Of a stretch of DNA of 64,000 bases, positions 50,250-63,100 are shown one piece after another. Position numbers and translations under genes: made by a program. The notes below the pieces were generated by a model. That model searched no databases. It was not told where the DNA came from and worked only from the letters and a program-made list of their open reading frames with translations. Positions within the stretch are counted from its first letter, which is position 1. Each line of letters begins with the position of its first letter. Source of the stretch: Felis catus (lineage: Eukaryota); the NCBI RefSeq assembly GCF_018350175.1, contig NC_058369.1:23438001-23502000 (forward strand), in the 5' to 3' direction.

Positions 50250-50451
50250 ATTTTAACTTATTGTTGTTGAGATACAGAGAGAGACAGCATGAGCGGGGGA
50301 GGGGCAGAGAGAGAGGGAGACACAGAATCCGAAGCAGGCTCCAGGTTCTGAGCTGTCAGCACAGAGCCTGATGCAAGGCTCGAACCCACGAAACCTAATC
50401 ATGACCTAAGCTGAGGTTGGACATTTAACCGACTAAGCCACTCAGGTGCCC
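50250..50451 (-). mobile_element. Can-SINE
   Basis: Reverse-oriented body and head. Confidence 0.9.
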
Positions 50452-51136
50452 ATCCCCCCCTTTTTAAACTTTTTTTAAATCGATTTTAAAAACAAATCTT
50501 AAAGGAACATGTTTTAACATGGAAGTCAATAAATAGATACATATTTACATTGAAAATGACGTATTATTTTTATAAATTTCCCTTTTGGGATGAATTGATA
50601 GGTGGGAGAGATTTTGTTTATAAAAGGAAAATTCAATTTTAGTCTTTAAAATATTTTGATATTAGTGGTTTTGTGGGTATTTATAAATTATCTAAGGGTT
50701 TTGATGAAAGTCTCCTCACATGAATGTTTAACGAAATATTTACAAGGAAAAATTTCATCTCGGTTGAAAATGGAATTTTTCCACTGAGGCTAGCAGTATC
50801 TCTTTTTCTTTATTATTAGTTTGCTTCATGTATACAATTTTATTTTATGGCAAAGCATTTCAGGGTCACTGCAGACAATCAGAAGTTACAGAAAGGAAAA
50901 AGGAAAAAAATTAAAATTCTCATAATTTAACCAGCAATATCATCCTTGGATTGTCTTTGCCAATCTTCTTATGCATATAGATATCTGTATTACAAAAATA
51001 AAGATGCTATTTTGCAAAAACATTTTTAACTTAATATATTGAAAGATTTTTCATGCTAATAAATCATTAGGTATTTTAAAACCTGGGGACAAAAATGCCA
51101 TCTATCAAAGTACTCTGGTCAAGAATTCACTCAATA

Positions 51137-51332
51137 GGGGTCCCCGGGGGGCTCAGTCGGTTAAGTGTCCAACTTCGGCTCAGGTCATGATCTCACAGTT
51201 CATGGGTTTGAGCCCCACACTGAGCTCTCTGCTGTCAGCACAGAGCCTGCTCTGGATCCTCTGTCCCCTTCTCTTTGCCCCTCCCCTGCTCGTGCTCTCT
51301 CTCAAAAATAAATAAGCATTCAAAAGAAAAAA
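51137..51332 (+). mobile_element. Can-SINE
   Basis: TSD CACTCAATA. Confidence 0.93.
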
Positions 51333-52307
51333 AACCCACTCAATAAAAACCATTGATTTTTTTGAGCAATCACATAACTTTTGAATGTCCCTGTATAAAG
51401 CATTCTCAAAATCTGGTGAGGGAGGAGAAGCCAGCATGGTTAAAATCCAACCTCATGGGTGGTTCAGGGAAGTCTCAATGCGTCCAGGGCTTCCCAAACT
51501 CACACTCAGCTGCTTGGGTCAGGGAGGCAGGGCCTGCCCCCAGGGATCCGATTATCACCCCTCACCCCCCCGCCACCTGCTGGACCCCAGCCTCCCACAG
51601 CCTCCTCCCTTGTACAAATGGGACCTCTTCTGAATCATTCGGCACCCAGTATCTCTCACCAGGACCCTCTCACCTTGTATCTTATTTTTTCTCGAACGAC
51701 CTTTTCCCACTGCTCAGTATTTCATATTTGGAAAGGCTTATGTGCTTCTCTGTCTTTGTGACGATAGCCACACCATGTTGGTGTCCATCTGTAGCCCAGC
51801 ACCAAGCACGGCACCCAGAATATCTAAGTGCTCAACAAAGGCTTGCCAGGTGAACATCACACCATGGTCTCCCTGTCTTGAGGAGGCAGTGTAGACGTTT
51901 GTGGAGACTAAAATGGGCTCGGGCGACCATGCACATCTCATTAGGTTCAACAGACTCCATTTCTTCCTCCCGACTGAATCAGTGCACTGGTTGGATTATA
52001 TTAAATTCCTAACTTCAAACTCTGGGATAAATCAGCAAAAGAAGATTATAAAAAGCAGAAAAAACAACCATTGTTTGAGCTAAAAAAAAAATTAAGTAAA
52101 AGCCAATTGAATTCCAAAAAAAAAAAGTACAGTGAAGGGGAAGAATCAATCAATGGTTTCATATTACCTGAATAATCAGATGGTGGCATTTTGGTCACTT
52201 CTCAGCCAGCCATGTCTAAGGGTGTTGTAGAAAATATTGGGGTACATCTCTGCAGTCTGTTTTAATATTAATTTTTTTCCCTGTTTTATGAAGAGAACCG
52301 ATAGGAA

Positions 52308-52323
52308 GGCCCCCTAGTGGCCA
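52308..52323 (-). promoter_or_regulatory. Candidate CTCF-binding motif
   Basis: Minus strand TGGCCACTAGGGGGCC matches the CTCF core CCASYAGRKGGC. TGAGTCAGCA (AP-1/ARE-like) lies about 20 bp away. Confidence 0.5.
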
Positions 52324-53127
52324 GTTGCACAATTTGGGATGTGAGTCAGCACATCCCAAATGCTTGGCTAAAAACAGTCCTACACATGGATGCTTTTCTA
52401 TTTAAGCACTATTAGAAACACTTAAAAAAACTCAGCTCTTCTCACAAATGGCTAAATGCTCTACATGTAAAATATGTATTAAGAATTATTTGTCTTTTCC
52501 GTTTACAAGCATAAGAACTATACAAAGCTAAGGGAGAACAAAACCAAATTTCTGTCCATGTCATGACTATTAGTCTAGTCAAAGATTTTGCTTTTCCCTA
52601 ACTTTCCCCCAGAAACATTCACCTAAAGAAACCGCACTTATATATTACGGAACAATACACACTGGAATACCTTTATTATCACTTTTTCTCCAACTTAAGT
52701 TTGCCTCAGTAGAATAGTAGCATACTTTCAAGTTGATGTACTTGGAAGTGATTTAATTTTGAAGTTTTAGTTTATTTAAAAGAAGGTTTGACTTCACTTT
52801 CAAAATTATTAATACACTACTTAAGTAGTGTCAGGGTGAATGTGGTATCACCAAGAATTATATTTGAGAAAAGTTCTATCTCAAATCTCAAAAACAAAGC
52901 AATAACTCAATTTATATTTTTTGGAAAATAGGACCTTTTCACTTTGAAAAAAAAAAGATGTCGAATTATACACATTTAACATATCTTTCACTAATATTTA
53001 TCTTTCTAAAATCCAATCTCTTAATAAAATGTCATATCTGGAGCCCTTTGCATGATGGTAGAATAAAGTATTGCATTTCTGCATTAGATGGAAATGTTTA
53101 GATCATCCTTTTAAAGGAAGCAGTAAA

Positions 53128-53388
53128 AGGGGCGCCTGAGTGGCTCAGTCTGTTGAGCATCTGACTCATGACTCATCAAGTCATGATCTCAGGGTCGTGG
53201 GATCGAGCCCCATGTTGGGCTCTGTGCTGAGCGTGAAGCCTGCTTAAGATTTTCTCTCCCTCTTTCTCTCTCTCTTTCTCTTTCTCTTCCCCTCCCCGAT
53301 GCCCCTCCCCCACTCTCTGGCACTCCAGCATGCAGGCATGTGCATGCATTCACTCTCTCTCTCTCAAAATAAAAAAATATACATCCAT
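53128..53388 (+). mobile_element. Can-SINE
   Basis: TSD TAAAGGAAGCrGTAAAA. Confidence 0.93.
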
Positions 53389-53554
53389 ATAAAGGAAGCG
53401 GTAAAAACAAAACACCCAACCCTCAGTTGACTCTACCTTTGTATAAAGGAACTCTTCTGAGATTCACATTTCACCTACATCCCAATCCAAGTCCTCGGTG
53501 TTTTAGTAAAGGTAAGTGCAAATGAAAGTCAGTGATGACAAAAAAGTGGCTGAT

Positions 53555-53805
53555 GGGGCGCCTGGGTGGTGCAGTCGGTTAAGCGTCCGACTTCAGCCAG
53601 GTCACGATCTCGCGGTCCGGGAGTTCGAGCCCCGCGTCAGGCTCTGGGCTGATGGCTCGGAGCCTGGAGCCTGTTTCCGATTCTGTGTCTCCCTCTCTCT
53701 CTGCCCCTCCCCCGTTCATGCTCGGTCTCTCTCTGTCCCAAAAATAAATAAAAAACGTTGAAAAAAAATTTTTAAAAAAATTAAAAATTAAAAATTAAAA
53801 AAAAA
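53555..53805 (+). mobile_element. Can-SINE (SINEC_Fc, very young)
   Basis: CpG-rich with a long tail and perfect TSD AAAAAGTGGCTGATG. Confidence 0.97.
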
Positions 53806-55260
53806 AGTGGCTGATGAATTTTATTTTGTGACTCCCGTACTCTCCCATCAGTTTATACAGCTTCTTTTCACTAATCATTATTATCTCATTTCATTACACT
53901 TCTCTCACCAGATGAGTGACTTTGATCATTTTCCAAAAAATGAAAACACACATAAGCCATGTATACTCCTCCTTTTCTGAACTCTTTTGTAGAGAACTAT
54001 GTAAAATAAGACACATCGTTCTCTTTCCAAAACGTAGCTTGTGTTTCGTTGTTGTTACTCATCATGATTTCTAGGAGCTTCTTTGTATGGTATCATTAGT
54101 GAAATCACAGAATAGGAAGATCATTCTGGCCATGTACATTATTACTAACAAAATTATTCGTGTACACAGAAAGTAGGCAATTTCCCTTCAGGTATTTCAG
54201 TTATTGTCCAAGTTTATATGCTTCAAATGGGGACAATTTAGAGATCATTTGTGGCTCAATTAAGCCAAGAACTAAAAATATCTCTAAATATTCCTTGAAC
54301 TCAATTAGGTGGTATCCTCCCACCTCCCTTTGCACTTTTGTGGGAGATAACATATTACTATGAATTATTACTGCTTTATTTTGACAACTTTATTTTGGGC
54401 TTTCGCCGTGGAGGAAGTGGAAAATTTTAAGCATGTTAAGCAAACGGATTCAAGAGGTGGCCTCTGTGCTTCCTTTGTGTGGGATGAACGGTCAGCTCTT
54501 GCACACTTCCAGTCCCCGGCCTTCCCCCAACCCACCACAGCCACCTTGCCATGCTGCATGTGCAGACAACAGCCTTGATGTCTTTGCTGTTAGAATATGT
54601 AATCACCCAGAGTTAGGAGTGGAAAATGGGAGCCTCCAATCATAAGCTCATAAAAGGCAATTTCAGTGTCAGAGTGGTAGACTGAATAAATATAGAAAGG
54701 ATTTATTATGAAGTTCTGTAGTGATGTTGGCACGGGCAGCACGCTGCTGGGCAACATTCTATCGCCAAAATCCAGGCACTAGCACAAACATTGAACCACT
54801 GTGTTCTCAGTGACAATAACGAGAGCAGCTTGACGATTGGCTGGCATGGCCACAAAAGACACATGCTGGCATGTTTCGGAACATAAATGATAGATCTGCT
54901 GCTGGGAGTTTATAATTATTTAATCAAACCCAGACTGCAGGACCTGGAGGGACATCATGTGTCCTCCCAAGTGTGGAAAAAGGACAGAACTCGACCGTTG
55001 ACAGACTCCAGGGGGACCACAAGGGGCAAGGGGCTGTGCGGGTGTGTGCTTTCCCAGGCCAGCCAGGGCCCGTCTCAGGCCTGGGGAGGGGATCATTTCC
55101 CCCGGACTGCATCATCCCCCAGCCGGCCCGGAGGAAGTGAGTTACCGGCCATCCTCTTGATGTGCTGATGGAAGTGGAATCAATTATATTTCCTTTCATG
55201 GAATGAAACTTATGTCCTGTTCTGAACAGGAAACGACTCGTTTGATCCAACTCTTTCTCC

Positions 55261-55263
<3 letters not shown>

Positions 55264-55307
<44 letters not shown>
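55264..55307. repeat. (CA)n microsatellite
   Basis: About 22 units. Confidence 0.95.
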
Positions 55308-55309
<2 letters not shown>

Positions 55310-57975
55310 ACAGAGGACTTGTGCCAGCTGCTTGCTGTATGTATACATAGTTTTAAATCCTGGAAGAATAAAAAGCTCCACCCCATTCATCCCCACGTCC
55401 CTTCTTTGGAGAATGAGATGACGGGCATGCCATGGTCATGAAACACCACATGATACTGGATGTTTGGAGACCAGGGTCTTGGATGCAAATGGACTTTGCT
55501 CTTCAAATCAGCTTTTAACCCGTCACATCCTGGTGAAAAGGGACATGGGCTGGGGTGGGGTGAAACTCCGACAAGAAAGGATAGTGTGTTTTGGTAGAAA
55601 GAGAACAGATTAGGTTACATGAACATTACATTGCACCCCTAGCCCCTAAGAAACTTGGGAGTTTAAACAAGGTACTCTCTTGAATGTAGCCGTTACGTGC
55701 AAAATTAAGTTTCTACTTTAAAGCCCGCCCCCCCCAAATGGACTGATAATGTGAAAGCATGGTTTTGTTTTTCCTAAGGATATTGAGTTAAAGCAAACTG
55801 GCATTAGGGAGAATGAATTCAATATGATCTTGATATGACTTATCAAAGTATTAATTCTAAAGTTTTCCCAAATAGAAACTTTCCATTCTGGATAACAGAT
55901 TCTTCATTCTGCCTCCCACCCCTCCCGTTTCCGCCCCCAAATTCTTCTATTTAAACTTTCGGTACAGAAATGCTTTGGGGGGGGGGGTGTTACCAGCAGA
56001 GCAGATAGGAATGTGCCCCTACTTTCTGTGTTGGAACCCTATGTGCAATGTTGAAACCAGGGATACATAGAACTTCTACAGTTATCCAAATAGATATTTT
56101 TCCTCTAAATATGATGGGGTTTTTTTCTTTATCAAATGGCTGTAAAAATTATACAAGTGGCCCACTAGTACATTTTCATTGTAAGTAAAATGGAAAAAGA
56201 AGCAACAGTCCCCTTGAGCTGCCTCCAACCCCAGATCCTACTTTCTAACCCCAGAGGTAACCACTGGTAATAGATTGGGTGTGCAAATTTCTTTCCCCCA
56301 TATGCTCTTTGTAAGGAACAAATTTCAGAAACAAAGTATGGAAAATATTTAACCTTCTGCCACGATTATTAGGTTTTGATGTTTAAGAGGGAAAAATGCC
56401 CAAACACATAAAAGCGGAAAATCCCCAAACAATTTGGTAAGATATGCGTTGTAGTTTTCTTCGTTCTGAAAAGTCCTCCAAAGGTTTGACAGACATACTT
56501 TCAAACACATGTAAAGACATCTCTACTTTTAGAAAATAAACTAAAAATGAGGTCAACTTCTTAAAAAAAAAACCCAAATCTTTTATCAGTTTCCAAAGTG
56601 GCGGGGAAGATTTAGGAGGAAAAAATTAAACCATATTTCAACCACTCACGTCTTATGTTCAACCAGTTTTGACTTTTTCTTTCTGCAGTGCACTGGCATC
56701 ATTCTTAAAAAGTTTTGTGAGTTTGGGCGATTTAAACACAGATTCTTCCCAAGATATGGATGTACATTTACACACTTGTTCTTTATCTTTAATTGGCATT
56801 TTAACAGGATAATAATCTTTTTACTTCTTTCTTAGATACCTTCAGTAATGCTAAACTAGTTTATATAGAATCTGTAATTAAGCAAAGATGTGGGCTTATT
56901 TTAAAGGTTGCAGTCAACACTATTTTATAAATGAAGAGGAATTCAAGCTAGCTGAAGGGGCTGGAATGATGGCGATGGGCATTCTGCTTCCGTACAAAAC
57001 CACCAACAAAGATAATAATGAAACTATCCAGAGAACCTTGCATCTTCCTTCTCTTGCCTTCTGAAGACACATGGGAATTTCCATGTTCATGTCGCAAGCA
57101 TGTTCTCTGACTAATAACTTCTTGTTTATAGTTGCTTGCCTGTGCTGAATTTCTTTAAGGGCATTAATTATCAAGGGTGCCATTTTCTGTGGCCTGTCTG
57201 AATAAGCTCAGGAACAGGACAACATCTTAAGTACACCTTTAGGCTATGCTCTGCCTTCACATGATGCTAAATTCAGAGAACAAAAGACAAAACCAAACTA
57301 AAAACAAAACAAAACAAAAAACACTAAGCCCTTTGCCTGGCACCACGTAGTCAACGGATCCAGCCAAAGGATTGAATGCTCACATTTTATTTGCTTTTTA
57401 AACGAGATCCTTGTGTGGAGAGGGAAAGAGAATGGCAAGAACTCTGGAGCAAGAAGACACATGCTGTGGGTAAAATGAGGTATCTAGTCCCTGACTTTGA
57501 CACAACCTGGCCCAGAAGACTGGATAAACTGAGTAAGATGAAAGGGTAATCCTGACTACTCGTGATAAAATCAAATTCATACTGTCAAGTTCCAGAGGGA
57601 TTTCACATAAAGAAGAATTTCTGTGTTGTGCTCTTTGTGTTTCTTTTGCAAGGAGATGGTTCTTGCAGTGAGATAGGTCGGGGATCTGCAGCTCCGTTAA
57701 TGTTTTCCCCCTAGACTTAAAGTTTTCTCCAAATAGCTCCATTCAAATAATTCACCCAACAAATAGTTCTTGAACAACTGCAATGCTCCAGCAGTGTATT
57801 GATGATGGAGTGACAACAGTCAATAGTAAACGTGCTGCTTTAAGGACAGCAGAGTATTGCAAGGGAGTTTGGAAATCAGGGGAAGGAATAGAGATGGTGA
57901 GAGCTCCCTCATCAGGTCTGGGAGGCAGGAGGTAGCAGGGGAGGTGACTAGGAGATGGTAAGAAGTGCAGTCATG

Positions 57976-58185
57976 GGGCTGCTGGGTGGCTCGGTAGGTT
58001 GAACATCCGACTTTGGTTCAGGTCATGGCCTCATAGTTCATGAGTTCGAGCCCCCCATCAGGTTCTCTGCTGTCAGCACAGAACCCGCTTCAGATTCTCT
58101 CCCTCTCTCTGCCCCTCCCCTGCATGTGTGCATGCACACACATGCTCTCTAAAACATTTTTTTAATGTTAATACACATTTTTTTA
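57976..58185 (+). mobile_element. Can-SINE
   Basis: TSD AAGTGCAGT. Confidence 0.9.
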
Positions 58186-58669
58186 AAAAGTGCAGTGACT
58201 TTTCAAGATGAACAGGAGTTAGCAAGGGGAAGGAGAGGGGAGGAGCTAGGCAGCACACTGTGTGTAGGGGTAGTCTGATATTCGCCTCCATGGGAGCTAA
58301 TACTGCAGCAGTGTTAGAATCCATATCTCTTTGTCCTTTTCTGGAAATTCTGAATGTGCACGTCACTTGCACATGTATTGATGGAGTGGTTGTAGGTTTC
58401 CTACCGACAGGGAATTTTCTGGGGCAAATCACTGCCATAACTCTAGATATACAACCTTGTCTGGCTCTGAGGGATCAATGAATGCTAGTTTTATCTACAG
58501 AGTTAATTTTATCTATAGTTTTATAGTTTTATCTATAGCTTTATCTATAGAGTACAGTTAGAATATGATTCATTTTTGTTAGGTTTGCCAAAACAAAGGG
58601 AAACGATTTTCTAGAATCTTCTATCCCCTGTACCACCACATGAAGTGATTTAAAAAAATCTCTGGAGGG

Positions 58670-58885
58670 GGGGTGCTTGGGTGACTCAGTCAGCTGGGCA
58701 TCCAACTTCAGCTCAGGTCATGGTCTCACAGTTTGTGAGTTCAAGCCCCACGTAGGGCTCTGTGCTGATAGCTCAGAGCCTGGAGCCTGCTTGGAGTTCT
58801 GCCTCTCCCTCTCTCTCTGCCCCTACCCTGCTCACATTCTGTCTCACTTTCTCAAAAATAAATAAACATTTTTAAAATTTGTTTT
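58670..58885 (+). mobile_element. Can-SINE
   Basis: Typical head, body and tail. Confidence 0.92.
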
Positions 58886-59964
58886 TAAATCTCTATTTGG
58901 GGAAATACCTCTTTTTGGTCTTGATCATACCATGGTACCTAAAAGACCTTGGCTTCATGGGAGCTTACAGAGGCCACCAGCCAATGAGTATGTCCAACCC
59001 TCCTGACTTCTGAGATCACAAGTGGCTTTTTCCTAGCATTGGGTTTTTTCTACACATGGAGATAGAATTTTCAGAAATTTCAGAAAAGACAAAGAATATT
59101 TTGGAAATTTCATTTAAATGTGGCTCCCTTCTTTATTAGAAACCTGACAGTCCCATATCCAAGGAGAAAACTACTGCCTCATCTCCAGTATTTTAAGAGT
59201 TAAGGTGGTATTTATGAGCTCAAGTTAATCTCAGTTGAAAATGAGTCTGGATCATCTTCTTTTAGCCTCATTAATGCAGAAAATTGGCTGAGTTTTCTTT
59301 GAGTTAAAGGAGAGCCAGGTGAATCATCCCCAAAGAAGAATGTCAACCTTCTGTCTAAACTCCAAACTATCTAGTTCCTGACAGCTTCTAAGAGAACAGC
59401 AAAAACTTCAACTAGGACAATATGGACCTTCCCCAGAGGTTTCCAGAGAAATTCTGTGCAGTGTCAGCCATAAAGATGATAGAGAAGGAAACTAGAAAAT
59501 AAAAGCTGAGGACTAGAGAGGATGGCAAATGGATGTCAGCTCTGACTGGTGGCTGTTGCTGAAGCACTGTGTTGGAAGGACAGGAAAGTCACACCTGGGG
59601 TCAGTGGCAAGGGCACCATGACTGACCATCAATGTCTGCCTTGGGGACAGAGAAGGATGTGGGTCCAGATGTAATTACTTGCCCTCCTATAAGTCTGTGT
59701 AGGCAAAACCTTTATTTGGAAAAAATTTGTAATTTTTCCAAGATGTAAAGATATAAAAGGCTACAGACTATCGATAACTAAGTGGCATAAGAGACTCTAA
59801 ATAAATTGAGTGTCATGGTATTTAGCAAATGGCCTGTGTGGAAACATTTATGGATCATTTATTTGAACTCATTATAACTGAGTAGTATAGCTATCCATGC
59901 TAAGATAGTCGTATGTTCACAGAGCAGCGGTACAGAATGAGGGGGAAATAATCCATAATGGTGA

Positions 59965-60240
59965 TGGTCATGATAAATAATCACAACAACAGCTAGCATT
60001 TACTGAACATCGGTTAAGTACCAAGCCCTCTACTGTGTTTTATATATACACTGTATCGTTTATTCCTCAGAAAAGCCCTGGAGGCAGGTACTATTATAGT
60101 CCTATTTTTAAAACAAGGAAATAGACCACGGAGGTAAAATAAATTGGCCAAGGTCACGCAGCTAGAAAGTGTAGGCAGAGTTGTGATACAAACCAAGGCA
60201 CGGTATTAACCAGGCTTTCAGTATTCATCACTCTTACCCT
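59965..60240 (-). mobile_element. MIR
   Basis: agctagcatttactgaac…aggtactattatagtcctatttt…ccaaggtcacgcagctagaaagt. Confidence 0.8.
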
Positions 60241-60699
60241 GCCCTCATATCTCATGCACAAAGGTCACTATTTTGATAATAAATAATTACTCAGGCTGGC
60301 CACAAAGCCTTTCTTGTGCCAGGTAGAAGTTATCCAGAGGTACCCTCTACACAATAGAGAGATTTTCCTTTCATAATCTCAGAGATTCTGCCTAGTGATG
60401 GTTGAACACCTAGAAACAGCCATCAGGGACTATATTAATGATTTCAATATTCAACATGGCTAATGTCCAGAAGAACGTGGGAAGTAATTGAAATCTGTGC
60501 TGATAGAGAATGGACGGGCATATACAAATAATTTCTGTGGGGCAGGTAAAGGGCTTTGTGTCTCCATAGATTTACTGTGAGCATTTTATGTGGGAGATTC
60601 ACTGAGAAATGATCCAGAAAGGGTTCTTTTCTTACCACTGCAGAGGCTACTGGAGAGGCCAGATAGGCACAAAAACAAACAGCATACAAATCAAATGTA

Positions 60700-61250
60700 A
60701 GTGCTCCAAATTGACTAATTCTAAATAGGGGGCATGGAGAAAATATTCTGGGGAGCATGGAATTTGAACCTGGCTTTGAAGTTTGAACAGTAGCCCAAAA
60801 GGCATGAAGGACCACATTCCTGGCAGCAGGAACCAAGATGAGCAAAGGACCAAAGATGGGGAATATCATTGTACATTTGGAGATCTCTTGATTTGCTAAA
60901 GCAGAAAAAGAAAATGCATGAGTCTTAGCGGGAAGGAGGGAGGAAGTGTAGGGGGGAGCTGGAAAAGCAGCCAGGGCCTTAAAAACCATAAAGATTTGGA
61001 CTTTGTTCCATAGGCAATGGGGAGCCATGGAAAGCTTTAGAGTAGAGGAGTGTCTTATTCCCAACTATATTATTAATTGATTATCATGCAGCAGGGCAGA
61101 AGATGGATTGGAAGGAAAAACACTAGAGGCAAAGACACCCAATTTAAAGGCAACTTCGAAAGCCTGGGCAAGAGTTAATGAGGGCATGATCAAGATCAGA
61201 GTCGGGGGTTTGGAAGGAGGAGATGTACAGCAGTCTCTTTTGGAGACAGA
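60700..61250 (-). mobile_element. L2 fragment
   Basis: cattcctggcagcaggaaccaagatgagcaaagg…tttggactttgttccataggcaatggggagccatgga. Confidence 0.7.
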
Positions 61251-62924
61251 GCTGATGGGAGGCAGGTATTTGAGTGGCAGCCATCTCTCACGTGCAAGGC
61301 CAGCATGGCCTCTCTCAAAGTCTCAGACTCCAGCGTATTTGGGGGTTGGGGGCAAGAGGACGGGGCCTTGCTGTGAGGAAAAGGGTCAGCAAGTTTCTGC
61401 TCTGGCAAAACCATATGACTTCCAGCATTTTTCTAGGACCTTGACATCGACATGACCCCAACCGACATTTTCCTTTTCAGTCATGCTTGTACTTTTCCAC
61501 TTAAATGAGTCTCAAGCCCAGTTTCATGGGGATTCCAGGGAGCCCGGAAGGGTGAGGTCATCTCCTGTCTTGGGATACAGCAGGCACATTATAGCTCTGT
61601 TTTCAATCCTAGAATCTGGGAGTAGGGATAGTCCGTAGCCATCCCATCTGACTCCCCTTGGGCAAGAAATAAAGGTATGCAAACAGACCATCAACAATCC
61701 CAGGGAGCCTGGGTGGCGATGCAGACACAGATGTTTGATTGTGGGGACCAAGACTTGAGCCTCTGTTTGTCCAATAGCTGCCCTGAAACCATAGCTAGAA
61801 TGAAAAAATCCCACATTTATTAGGGTGTATTTTGGGAGGGAAGTAAATTGGCACTGCATTGTCTCAGACCAATAAAATATTAAATTGCTATAGAAATAAT
61901 ACCATGTCATGAAAGGAATTCCCTGAGTTAATATTTCCACATTAAATTAGGCTAAAGCTATATTAGGCTAATATGATACTGTGCTAATCCGGAGAGTGAA
62001 TGAACTCAGATATGCATATTAGTATTTAGTTGGATTAAGAACAACCCATAACCAAATGCTCCACTAACCAGGAGCCTGACATTCCTAACATCGTTGTAAT
62101 TTGCTGCAAATGTCTCCTCCCCGGCACCGTCCTCCACACCAATTTTTATTGTCATGGTCTCTTGGTGGCAGGTCTTTGTGTTGTCACCTGAAATTAAGGA
62201 CATTTTACCTAGATTCGAATTCAAAATAAAACTCATTTTGCAGCATGCTCAGATTCCTCTGATGTTCCAGAAGGGAGTATCTTTATTCCTTCCAGACAGT
62301 TGAAGAGGCCACAAGTACATGTGATCGATCCCTTTCTTGCCCCATCCAGATGTTCTGCCTTACAGGATGTTCCTGGGTCTACAACACACCGGCCTGATTC
62401 AGGAGCTCAGTGTGTGGAAGGGGTCAAAGGGCTCCTTTCATGGACCCACCGTCCCACCATTCCTTTTCACAATAAGCAGGCTGAGGATTGTGAGGGGGAT
62501 AGAATGACTGAGGCTTTCTTTCTTGCTTGCTCACAGATGTGAATATCCATCCAGGCTTTCCTTTCTAAGCCCTCTACAGTCCGTCCTGGGGTGGGAGTAT
62601 TTCTCGTAAAAGGACATTATTCTGAAATCTGTCCGTCTTCATGGTAAGTGGATTCTTGCATGTTCACAGTTGCGCTTATTTATAAGTAAATTTACATGTG
62701 GTCATAAGAGCATTCTGAGACAGGGCGATTGCTCAAGGAGCCATTGCACTCACTCAGATGAATGGGAAAGGGGGCAATTTGGGCCTGGCTATTTCTTGGA
62801 TACAGGAGCGCCTTGGTGCATTAGCCAGCTGTCCAGGTAGACGAATGATCTGAGGCTGGCTAGAACGAACCATCCTGGTGGCTGTGACCATATACAGGAT
62901 TCACTGGGACAGTCCTATCCCAAT

Positions 62925-63100
62925 TACCATCTGTGGACCAGTAGTATCAGCATCTACCGGGACTGGGTTACAGAGACTTTTTCCAGCCCATCCCAGACCC
63001 ACAGAATTAGTCCCTGGACACTGGGCCCAGGAATCTGTGTTTTAGCACTCGCTCCAGGTGTTTTTTTTGCTAAGACTTAGATGTGGGGGTCTTAGATGTG
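62925..63100. mobile_element. MER5A-like hAT relic
   Basis: tgtggacca…atcagcatc…cccatcccagaccc…gggcccaggaatctgtgtttt…ctccaggtg. Confidence 0.65.

Noticed and set aside
60444..61064. Longest ORF in the window (206 aa, minus strand)
   Set aside because: It largely overlaps a decayed L2 element and shows no protein-family signal.
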